Virus record (IMG/VR): IMGVR_UViG_3300012936_000109
Coordinates: 1 to 29,355 of that record
DNA from: a virus
Reading direction: 5' to 3' (one strand)
Length of the DNA: 29,355 nt
Under the pieces are notes generated by a model that saw only the letters and a list, made by a program, of their open reading frames with translations, ran no database searches and had not been told where the DNA came from. Positions 17,943 through 25,051 of this stretch are shown piece by piece. Every line of letters starts with the position of its first letter. Positions within the stretch are counted from its first letter, which is position 1. Made by a program: the position numbers and the translations under genes.

Positions 17943-18416
17943 CTATGCACTAGCTATATATATCTCACATCTCACATCAGCTGCCTCTACTGGTCTAATC
18001 ATAATTTTAGATAGGTCTATCATAGTACCAAAACTAGGTACAGCATCTAGCTCACAAAATGATATTTGCTCTGCTGCAAATAGTACATGAGTACTTTCTG
18101 GACCTACTGTTATATGAAAGTTTTGATTGACTGCCTCCTCTCCTTCTCCAGATATTAGCACATATGCTACCTCTACTGTATTTGTAGTATCTAGATTAGT
18201 CACTCTGACATATCTAGCATCTCCTACATCTAGAGCTGTCTGTGTAGTTGCCTCTGTTGCTGCAAATACTACAGCTGTAGTAGTCTGTCCATTTTGACAA
18301 TTAATAATTCTTTTGTAGTAGTCATTTATACCACTAATAGTCTTACTCCTAGTACATCCCACCTCAGTGCTGTATAGGTTTAAACTCTCTGTAATTGTTA
18401 CTGTTAAATCTGCCAT
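17943..18416 (-). CDS. Hypothetical structural-module protein (157 aa)
   Basis: ORF track entry, preceded by a 120-nt AT-rich non-coding region. Confidence 0.7.
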   Translation of the reverse strand: MADLTVTITESLNLYSTEVGCTRSKTISGINDYYKRIINCQNGQTTTAVVFAATEATTQTALDVGDARYVRVTNLDTTNTVEVAYVLISGEGEEAVNQNFHITVGPESTHVLFAAEQISFCELDAVPSFGTMIDLSKIMIRPVEAADVRCEIYIASA

Positions 18417-18536
18417 ATTTTTAATTTTAAGTATATCATTATTGTATAGTATCTATTTCCTTTTTTTTGTTTTACATTTTTATATCATCATATCTAGCAT
18501 CTAGTTTTACATAGTATGCTCATTTTGTCTTACTTA

Positions 18537-19151
18537 CTAGCTCTCTCCCATAAACTCATCATGTGACAGCTGAGGTCCACTTAGTGTCCTTTTGCTAGAG
18601 CTGGTCACTGTACCATCATTATTTATACTGAGTTCATTCTGCTCATATCCATCCCAGTGACAAACACTGTAATCAAAGAAGTTTGTTATGCTAAACTGCA
18701 TATTCCAGCCAGCTACATTGTCTGTAAATTTCTCTGTAAATGGCTCTAGTGTAAATGTAGTAGATATCTCATTTGTATATTCATAGTAGCTATTAGTATT
18801 AGCATAGTGATTACCACTAGTACCAAATATAGTCCCCTGCATTCTGCCTCCTCTTTTAAACCATGCTATAATATCTAGTAGGATTGTGCATGTCTGAGAC
18901 TGTACTCTCTTTTCCATATCTCCCTCTCCAGGCTCTACTAGGTCCATACATATGATGTTAAAATTATACTGTACTTGTTTATCCAGTGCATTTACACTAG
19001 TAGGTACTACTACTATATGTGGATATACTACATTTCCAGCTGTGGATATTTCCCAGGGGTCTCCATAGTAGACCTCATGTACAAAGTGATGGTCTCTACA
19101 TACTCCTACTATCATATCTACTACCTGGTCAAAAGTTCTAGGTTGGCTCAT
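18537..19151 (-). CDS. Hypothetical structural-module protein (204 aa)
   Basis: ORF track entry. Its ATG lies 5 nt after the stop of the -1 frame extension of the upstream gene. Confidence 0.7.
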   Translation of the reverse strand: MSQPRTFDQVVDMIVGVCRDHHFVHEVYYGDPWEISTAGNVVYPHIVVVPTSVNALDKQVQYNFNIICMDLVEPGEGDMEKRVQSQTCTILLDIIAWFKRGGRMQGTIFGTSGNHYANTNSYYEYTNEISTTFTLEPFTEKFTDNVAGWNMQFSITNFFDYSVCHWDGYEQNELSINNDGTVTSSSKRTLSGPQLSHDEFMGES

Positions 19152-19156
19152 ATTTT

Positions 19157-19974
19157 TTAGTTTCCGTTATATTTTTCTATTCTCTCTTTCTCCTTTTCTA
19201 CCTCACTGTTTACTGACAGCCAGTTAAATATCTCATTGACTGGTCTCTTTGTGATACTATTTAATTTTAGCACATCTCCACCAGCTAGCTGATACATGAC
19301 TATAAACCAGCCATATTTCTCAGCTAATGTGTTTCTGCTTTCCTCCTCTTCTTTTTCTGCTCCATAGAGCTCCTCTTCTTTTTCATCTCCAAAGATGATT
19401 TGATAGTGTCTATGTGTTTGTCTACGATAGTGTAAAAAAAAACCATAGCACCATATACAGTATCTATGCTCAGACTATCCTCAAATATCTTAGCTCTATC
19501 CTCTCTATCATCTATAGTATACTCCTCTATCCTATATCTATTTCCACTCCTTTTTATGACTGGTCTATATAGCACTGTTAGTATGTCTATCAGATTTGCA
19601 TATCCATTTTGTATCCATGTATCCATATCTGCAAACTCTCCAAATGTCAGCTCATTCATATTAGGCACAAAACCATACTCTATACCATCTATCTCTATCA
19701 CATTTCTTAGCTCTTTATTAGGCATATCAGCTGTCAGTGCAGCTAGTGTATCATTTACTCTGTCTATCTGTTTTATAGATATTTTAGATAGATATGATAG
19801 TGGACATTTAGTGAGTATAGATATAGACCTAATCTTTACCTCCAGCTCACTCAGCTCTTTATTCTCAGTTATAGACATCAGCTGTTGATACTGTTTGACA
19901 GACACCTCATCCCACTTCTGAGGCACATGGTAGCTGTGTTTCTTTGGTCCTATTTGTATTTCTAGTCTAGTCAT
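19157..19974 (-). CDS. Predicted -1 frameshift fusion product of the chaperone-like gene (about 271 aa)
   Basis: From the U UUU UUU site (19434-19442), the -1 frame stays open for 92 codons (LHYRRQTHRHYQIIFGDEKEEELYGAEKEEEESRNTLAEKYGWFIVMYQLAGGDVLKLNSITKRPVNEIFNWLSVNSEVEKEKERIEKYNGN*) to TAA 19159-19157. This fills the 172-nt apparent gap. Confidence 0.5.
19324..19974 (-). CDS. Tail assembly chaperone-like protein, zero-frame product (216 aa)
   Basis: The pattern (...LTFGEFADMDTW...ILTVLYRP...EEY...RAKIFEDSL...GAMVFF) resembles TAC families. A U9 slippery run lies near the 3' end with an open -1 frame beyond it. Confidence 0.5.
   Translation of the reverse strand: MTRLEIQIGPKKHSYHVPQKWDEVSVKQYQQLMSITENKELSELEVKIRSISILTKCPLSYLSKISIKQIDRVNDTLAALTADMPNKELRNVIEIDGIEYGFVPNMNELTFGEFADMDTWIQNGYANLIDILTVLYRPVIKRSGNRYRIEEYTIDDREDRAKIFEDSLSIDTVYGAMVFFYTIVDKHIDTIKSSLEMKKKRSSMEQKKKRRKAETH
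19434..19442 (-). promoter_or_regulatory. Slippery sequence (U9; heptamer U UUU UUU in the zero frame)
   Basis: The plus strand carries a9. The mRNA reads AUG GUU UUU UUU UAC in the frame of the 216-aa ORF. Confidence 0.5.
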
Positions 19975-20058
19975 TTATTATAAGTATAAATTTTGATTAT
20001 ATCGTTTTAATGTTATATTTGCACTGTTTTTCATGATAGCTAAAATAGGGGTGTTGGT

Positions 20059-20196
20059 CTAATTGTCGTAATAATTAGCATCCCTATTTTTTGTCTCTCC
20101 ATATCTAGTGTTTCTACGTTCTATTATTTTTAGTATAAATATACCAGCCAGCCATATAAATGCAACATAGCTCATAAAAATAGCTAACAGAGGCAT
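20059..20196 (-). CDS. Small membrane protein (45 aa), absent from the ORF track
   Basis: Base-by-base translation: MPLLAIFMSYVAFIWLAGIFILKIIERRNTRYGETKNRDANYYDN*. It has an N-terminal TM helix, and its ATG lies 5 nt after the terL stop. Confidence 0.4.
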   Translation of the reverse strand: MPLLAIFMSYVAFIWLAGIFILKIIERRNTRYGETKNRDANYYDN

Positions 20197-20200
20197 GCTG

Positions 20201-21514
20201 CTAATATACATAATACCTGCCTGTATTAGGGTTTATTTCATAGTACATCCTCATCATCATAGTATCAGAATAGTCTGGAGACCTGCCTATTAAATCTTTG
20301 ATTTTGTCCTTTGCTAGTATGCTCAGTTTACTATCTTTGTCTATATTTATTCTTCTGACCTGCTCCAGCTCCTGTATCAGTTGCTCCTTAAATTTTATGT
20401 CATTTGTACTCACACCTATCTGTCCTTTATTTATCATATCAGCTAGTTTATAGTAGCACTGGGTCTTTAGATTTTGATAGTTTTCTTTGAGTAGAGGTTT
20501 ACTGTTATTTTGAAACCCTAGACATCTCAATATATCTTTGCATCCACCTCCTACACCATCCTCATCCACTATGATATTAGTCAGTGGTACAGCCTCTCTA
20601 TTCTGTATCTCTTTTATCCTATCAGCTACCTCTACCATACTACTACTATCCATGATGACTATATGTGATACCTGTAGACCATTCCAGTACATGATACAGG
20701 TCTTATCCTTTCCATATCTAGCTATATCAGCTGTGATATATTTATCTCCAGTAGGCACTACAGCACTAAACATATTGATGATACTATCATAGTTTATTAG
20801 CTGGTCTTGACTATCATCATATTCCCAGTCCCCCCTCAATAGTCTAGCTTTTGATATCTCATCTAGATTACCTAGCTGCTCTCTATAGTGTTTACTGATA
20901 TGCTGATTATCATCTACTAGTGCCTGTATAAATCTCCTGTGTTTAGGTAGAGCTCCCTCTCTATCTGGCTTATAGTACATCTGATATATCCATCCCTTTG
21001 TAGGGTTGCATGTCATCAGTAGTTTAGGTATTAGTCCATACTCATCAAGTCTATATCTGAGCCTACTAGATACTATCTGCTTTGCCTTTTCTGTCAGCTG
21101 AGATACCTCATCTATAAATGCAAATGTGAGCTCCAGAGAGCCTAGTGAATCATAGTTTGGGTCTGATGGATATAGAAATAAATCTTTGAGTATTATCTCA
21201 CTATCATTGTAAAATTTAATGATATTGCTCTGTCCATTATATGTGTAGTGTATACCAGATTTTAGTGACCACTGATTACAGATATCAAAAAAAGTATTGA
21301 GAGTAGTTTTTTTTAGAGTATCTAGTTTGCTCCTACCTATCATCCCTCTGATACCAGCATACTGTAGACATAGTATGATACTATATGCACATCCTAGATA
21401 GCTCTTTCCTCCACCAGCTGCACCTCCATAGAGCACCTCTGTTGTACTTTTATCCAGTAGATACCTCATAGCTATCTTCTGCTTTGTGATGAGCTGTGGA
21501 GATATATCTATCAC
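20201..21514 (-). CDS. terL: Terminase large subunit
   Basis: Walker A GGAAGGGKSY, Walker B-like TFAFIDEVSQ, and a C-terminal nuclease-like region. It overlaps TerS by 4 nt. Confidence 0.9.
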   Translation of the reverse strand: MIDISPQLITKQKIAMRYLLDKSTTEVLYGGAAGGGKSYLGCAYSIILCLQYAGIRGMIGRSKLDTLKKTTLNTFFDICNQWSLKSGIHYTYNGQSNIIKFYNDSEIILKDLFLYPSDPNYDSLGSLELTFAFIDEVSQLTEKAKQIVSSRLRYRLDEYGLIPKLLMTCNPTKGWIYQMYYKPDREGALPKHRRFIQALVDDNQHISKHYREQLGNLDEISKARLLRGDWEYDDSQDQLINYDSIINMFSAVVPTGDKYITADIARYGKDKTCIMYWNGLQVSHIVIMDSSSMVEVADRIKEIQNREAVPLTNIIVDEDGVGGGCKDILRCLGFQNNSKPLLKENYQNLKTQCYYKLADMINKGQIGVSTNDIKFKEQLIQELEQVRRINIDKDSKLSILAKDKIKDLIGRSPDYSDTMMMRMYYEINPNTGRYYVY

Positions 21515-21858
21515 TCAGTATGGTCTAGATTGATATTGATTTTTATAGGCTCTCCAGCTGAGGTATGGTCCATCTCTTGCCTCTCTACAAACCCTCTCCT
21601 TTTTCCCTTTGTTTTTAGATAGAATATAGTAGCTGATGTATTGCCATCCTTTATCTGTTTGAATAGCTCACTCTCTGCAAAATCTAGAGCTATGTCTGAT
21701 ACATCCTGTACATCTCTACTAAATGTCTCATCATTTTTTAGCCAATTATAAAATTGAGTTCTACCTACACCAGCTATCTTGCATGCTGTAGTGACTACTC
21801 CTAGAGATTTTACCAGAGCCTCTAATACTCTCTTTTTACTGTGTTCAGTTTTGTTCAT
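21511..21858 (-). CDS. terS: Terminase small subunit (HTH type)
   Basis: ALVKSLGVVTTACKIAGVGRTQFYNWLKND...FAESELFKQI...ATIFYLKTKGKRRGF is typical of HTH small terminases. It lies immediately upstream of terL. Confidence 0.75.
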   Translation of the reverse strand: MNKTEHSKKRVLEALVKSLGVVTTACKIAGVGRTQFYNWLKNDETFSRDVQDVSDIALDFAESELFKQIKDGNTSATIFYLKTKGKRRGFVERQEMDHTSAGEPIKININLDHTE

Positions 21859-22135
21859 AGTCTGTATCTATTATGTCTAAAAATTTATTATGTTTTTCTA
21901 GGTTACAGCTGCTCAGCTCTATATATGTTTTTTGCTCCTCTGGAAATGTATGTATAGCAAAGTGACTTTCTGCCAATAGCCATATAGCTGTATATCCCTC
22001 TGGCTCAAATTTATGCTGCATAAAATCTAGTACATTAAACTGTGCTCTTTTAAGTGCATTACAAAAATAGAACATCAGTAGCTCTGGGTCTGTCTCTGGT
22101 ATCCATTGACTATGTTTAAATATCTCAGCTTTCAT
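21845..22135 (-). CDS. speD: S-adenosylmethionine decarboxylase (pyruvoyl, class 1/SpeD-like) homologue, shortened (96 aa)
   Basis: FEPEGYTAIWLLAESHFAIHTFPEE...ELSSC matches the self-processing LxESHxxIHTxPE core. Ser57, His62 and Cys77 are spaced +5 and +20 as I recall for the Ser/His/Cys active site of small prokaryotic AdoMetDCs. Confidence 0.65.
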   Translation of the reverse strand: MKAEIFKHSQWIPETDPELLMFYFCNALKRAQFNVLDFMQHKFEPEGYTAIWLLAESHFAIHTFPEEQKTYIELSSCNLEKHNKFLDIIDTDYEQN

Positions 22136-23417
22136 CCTGTATTTCTGTAGTTAAATCTTTGTAATTCTTTTTGATTTTTTTGACATCCCCTTTGTAAAAC
22201 ACTAGTACATTCTGATGACATTTTCCTACCTTTCTATTCCTCATAGTCCTAGCTGCTCTCATAGCCAGTGTACCTATCATCTCTACTAGTATCATCTCAT
22301 TATATAGTCTCATACCAGCTCTATCAAATATATCCTTTATATGGTCTACAAATCTATAGTAGTATCCCTCTTTGTCTCTGATATCTCCTACTACTATCAC
22401 AGCAAATCTATCATCTTTTAGGCACTGTATAGCATCTGTAAAAGCTGTATCTAGTATAGTCATAAAGTCCTCATATGTCTCTTGATTACTAGCATCATTC
22501 TCCATATCACTATATACCTCTAAATCATAGTATGGTGGACAGCTAAATAGTAGGTCCTGTGTATCCTCTGCTATATGCTGTAGTACACTCCTACCATCAT
22601 CATTGATATACTCAGCTGTCATACTAGCTACTCTCTCATTATTTATATTAGCCTGCTCTGCTCTCAGCTCTATCCCAGTAAATGTATGTCCTAGACTAGC
22701 TGATACATACCCAAATACACTATCTCCAGCAAAACAATCAAACACTTTAGATGGTCCAGGAGTAAACCATTTGCATACTATCTCAGATAGTACAGGGTCT
22801 AGTATGGATACCTCTGGAGCTGCTTTTAGATTACCTTTCCATGTACCATACTGTAGCTCATTTAGCTCATTCATAGCTGTCTCTCTAGTCTCTCCTTTGT
22901 CTAGTATGAGATTTTTCCAATGTTTTTTTCTCTCTTGCCAGTATCCCTGTCTAGTATCTAGTATAGTAAATGGAGGTACACCAAATGTCTCAGCTAGCTC
23001 TATTCCCTCTGGCTGTTCTCCTACAGATATATCATCATCTGTGAAACCTACTAGCTCTCCCTGTGTAAACCCCCAATCTATGAGCTCCTTTTCATCAAAA
23101 TAATTAGCTAGAGCATCCATATCAAATGCTCCAGTATTTTTGTTTAGTCTGACATTTAACTCCTTTTCTTTGTTTAGGTCTAGACTGAGCTCCACTGTAG
23201 GCACCTCATCTATTCCCATACTCTCTGCTACTTTACATCTCTGATGTCCTCCTATGATGATATTTAGCCTGTCTGGATGAGTATTAACTATAATAGGGTC
23301 TACTATACCAAAACGATTGATTGAGGCTCTAATGTCCTCAAATTGCTCTGTACTGAGCTGTCTAGGATTGTACTCAGCTGGTATCAGCTCTGAGATTTTT
23401 CTATTAACTATTTTCAT
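22125..23417 (-). CDS. ParB-like nuclease domain fused to a SAM-dependent amino DNA methyltransferase
   Basis: The N-terminus has the ParB-N pattern (IVDPIIVN...IIGGHQRCKVAESMG). The C-terminal half has motif I-like VFDCFAGDSVFG followed by motif IV CPPY (FSCPPYYDL). Confidence 0.75.
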   Translation of the reverse strand: MKIVNRKISELIPAEYNPRQLSTEQFEDIRASINRFGIVDPIIVNTHPDRLNIIIGGHQRCKVAESMGIDEVPTVELSLDLNKEKELNVRLNKNTGAFDMDALANYFDEKELIDWGFTQGELVGFTDDDISVGEQPEGIELAETFGVPPFTILDTRQGYWQERKKHWKNLILDKGETRETAMNELNELQYGTWKGNLKAAPEVSILDPVLSEIVCKWFTPGPSKVFDCFAGDSVFGYVSASLGHTFTGIELRAEQANINNERVASMTAEYINDDGRSVLQHIAEDTQDLLFSCPPYYDLEVYSDMENDASNQETYEDFMTILDTAFTDAIQCLKDDRFAVIVVGDIRDKEGYYYRFVDHIKDIFDRAGMRLYNEMILVEMIGTLAMRAARTMRNRKVGKCHQNVLVFYKGDVKKIKKNYKDLTTEIQDES

Positions 23418-23625
23418 TATATAGAGTTTTTATATTTTTTAATATACTGGATAAACATGCTCTACAGCTAGTGCTCTCTCTGTATCTAGTACCAAATACA
23501 TCATTGTGTAGTCTGACCATCCTCCTAGTAGTCTCTACACTATCACTGTGACCACTTTTTACTAGTGGATATACCTCCATGAGCTCTGCTCTCTGTGCTG
23601 TAGATATATGTGCTCTACCTCTCAT
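23404..23625 (-). CDS. Hypothetical protein (73 aa from ATG 23625; the track ORF extends to 23751)
   Basis: The longer track ORF would overlap the Cys-rich ORF by 137 nt. The internal start MRGRAHISTAQRAEL... gives only an 11-nt overlap. The start is uncertain. Confidence 0.45.
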   Translation of the reverse strand: MRGRAHISTAQRAELMEVYPLVKSGHSDSVETTRRMVRLHNDVFGTRYRESTSCRACLSSILKNIKTLYNENS

Positions 23626-23860
23626 ACCATTTACCTCTAGGACATCTCTCAGATTTCCAGCTAGCTTTGGTCCTAATATGACATCCACATACATTACAGT
23701 GTTCCCATGGCTCCTCAGTACCATCCATATGCTCACACTGCATACACTCATGTAGTCTCATCTCATATTCTATACCCTCTAGCTTTCTCATTCTGTCATA
23801 TATATGTTTAGCTATTGCCCATAAAAATTTAAACAAATATTTGATGTTAATTTTTTTCAT
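23615..23860 (-). CDS. Cys-rich zinc-ribbon-like small protein (81 aa)
   Basis: HECMQCEH...HCNVCGCHIRTK...ERCPRGKW contains CxxC ... CxxCxC ... C metal-binding-like spacing. Confidence 0.6.
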   Translation of the reverse strand: MKKINIKYLFKFLWAIAKHIYDRMRKLEGIEYEMRLHECMQCEHMDGTEEPWEHCNVCGCHIRTKASWKSERCPRGKWYER

Positions 23861-24404
23861 TGATTCTGGTTTTAATATATTCTTTTACTCTTTTTATAGT
23901 GTTGAATATACTAGTCCTAGATATACCAGTCATACCAGCCAGTCCATGTAGTGTATTGCCCTGGTAGTAGTATAGTTTAAATAGCTCTTTGTCATACCAG
24001 TATAGCTCATCTACTATCTGGTCTATCTTTTCTAGATATTTATATGTGGATGTTCCACTATACATCATGTAGTCTGGAGTACTAGATACACTAGCATTTG
24101 CATCTATATACTCATAGTACTTTTTGTATTTATAGTAGTATCTACTATTTCTGCTATTAAGCATCAGATTTAGAGCTCTGATACAGTACCACAGTAGACC
24201 ACCTCCATCATATATTTTATCTAGTTTAGATTTTTCCATCTCAAAGAGCCATACAAATAACTCCTGTAGAGCATCATCTCCATCTCTACTATTTCCAGCT
24301 ATATTATGTGCCACCTCTCTTAGCCTCTCAATGCTGGAGAGGATAGCATCATGTGCATCTGTCTCCTTTTCAGAAAGGCAAGTCATCTGCCTTTGACTGC
24401 ACAT
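23847..24404 (-). CDS. Sigma-70 family (ECF-like) factor-like transcription regulator
   Basis: A region-2-like segment (DDALQELFVWLFE...LWYCIRALNLMLN) precedes a C-terminal region-4-type HTH (LHGLAGMTGISRTSIFNTIKRVKEYI). Confidence 0.5.
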   Translation of the reverse strand: MCSQRQMTCLSEKETDAHDAILSSIERLREVAHNIAGNSRDGDDALQELFVWLFEMEKSKLDKIYDGGGLLWYCIRALNLMLNSRNSRYYYKYKKYYEYIDANASVSSTPDYMMYSGTSTYKYLEKIDQIVDELYWYDKELFKLYYYQGNTLHGLAGMTGISRTSIFNTIKRVKEYIKTRINEKN

Positions 24405-24603
24405 TATCTGACTGTGGAGCTACATATGGTTTCTGAATTTTAGCTGAGAAATATGGTCTATCATCTCCTCTAACCCACAGTGCTATCTCCTGCTCTGTAC
24501 CATCTGCTAGTGTAATTTTACCTTTGTAATCTGGATAGTTTTCACTAGTTTTATTATCTACTTTAAATATGGTGCCTGTGCCTGGTTTATTTTTGTATGA
24601 CAT
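24370..24603 (-). CDS. Minimal SSB-like protein (77 aa) with an acidic C-terminal DDLPF tip
   Basis: The C-terminal ...SKADDLPF mimics the bacterial SSB tip (D-D-D-I/L-P-F). The N-terminus PGTGTIFKVDNKTSENYPDYKGKITL...ALWV looks like a short OB-type beta region. It sits in the replication/recombination module. Confidence 0.5.
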   Translation of the reverse strand: MSYKNKPGTGTIFKVDNKTSENYPDYKGKITLADGTEQEIALWVRGDDRPYFSAKIQKPYVAPQSDNVQSKADDLPF

Positions 24604-24620
24604 ATCAGTATGATTTTAGA

Positions 24621-24628
24621 CAAATATA
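24621..24628 (-). promoter_or_regulatory. Bacteroidota-type -7 promoter box (TATATTTG) upstream of the SSB-like gene
   Basis: The minus strand reads TATATTTG 17 nt upstream of ATG 24603, in the 73-nt gap after rusA. There is no clean TTTG -33 box. Confidence 0.45.
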
Positions 24629-24676
24629 TTCTTTTCCTATACATAAGTATAAAAAATACTGATTTATTTTTCACAG

Positions 24677-25051
24677 TTATCTGTTTATAACTATGGTGCC
24701 CTCTCCACCAACCATCCACTTTTTAGTAGCTGTAATGGTATGTACCATTTTATCCTCATCCATCAGACAGTCCATGAAACCCTTTAGTAGATTATCTAGG
24801 TCTGGCTTTTGCTGATGAGGCTCTCCAGCATGCTCAGCTACTTTTTTATATGACCATGATTTAGGACATGGTATCAAAAATTCTATATCTAGAGTATGTC
24901 CAGGAGTATAGTCATTCTCTTTTGCTAGCTGTTTTAGTTTATCTTTATATCTCCAGTATTTGAGTACTACTGGTCTTTGTTTCCATCTATCAGCTCTAGT
25001 CATCCTAGGCTTACCCATCACTGGTATATTTGTGAATATTATCTGGCTCAT
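24677..25051 (-). CDS. rusA: RusA-family Holliday junction resolvase
   Basis: The size (124 aa) and the KPDLDNLLKGFMDCL motif are characteristic of RusA endodeoxyribonucleases. Confidence 0.75.
   Translation of the reverse strand: MSQIIFTNIPVMGKPRMTRADRWKQRPVVLKYWRYKDKLKQLAKENDYTPGHTLDIEFLIPCPKSWSYKKVAEHAGEPHQQKPDLDNLLKGFMDCLMDEDKMVHTITATKKWMVGGEGTIVINR

Noticed and set aside
18469-18512. A 9-nt direct repeat ATGTAAAAC (minus strand) at 18469-18477 and 18504-18512 in the 120-nt non-coding region, also present on the plus strand at 1073-1081
   Set aside because: The repeat is short and AT-rich, with inconsistent orientation between loci. This is compatible with chance, so it is mentioned only as a place to look for a late promoter.
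19343-19383. A direct repeat CTCCTCTTCTTTTT (19343-19356 and 19370-19383) downstream of the slippery site, as a possible frameshift-stimulating structure
   Set aside because: It is a direct rather than inverted repeat and simply encodes repeated KKKR (zero frame) and EKEEE (-1 frame) peptides. I could not fold a convincing stem-loop or pseudoknot by eye.
19978-20034. An 18-aa mini-ORF (MKNSANITLKRYNQNLYL) upstream of the chaperone-like gene
   Set aside because: It is too short to support as a gene. It is noted only because it carries the recurrent start context and the 12-mer motif.
20042-20090. A possible tRNA or small structured RNA at the nested inverted repeat
   Set aside because: There is no T-loop (GTTCNANNC-like) or D-loop signature on either strand, and the arm lengths are incompatible with a cloverleaf. 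It is kept only as a hairpin or regulatory candidate.
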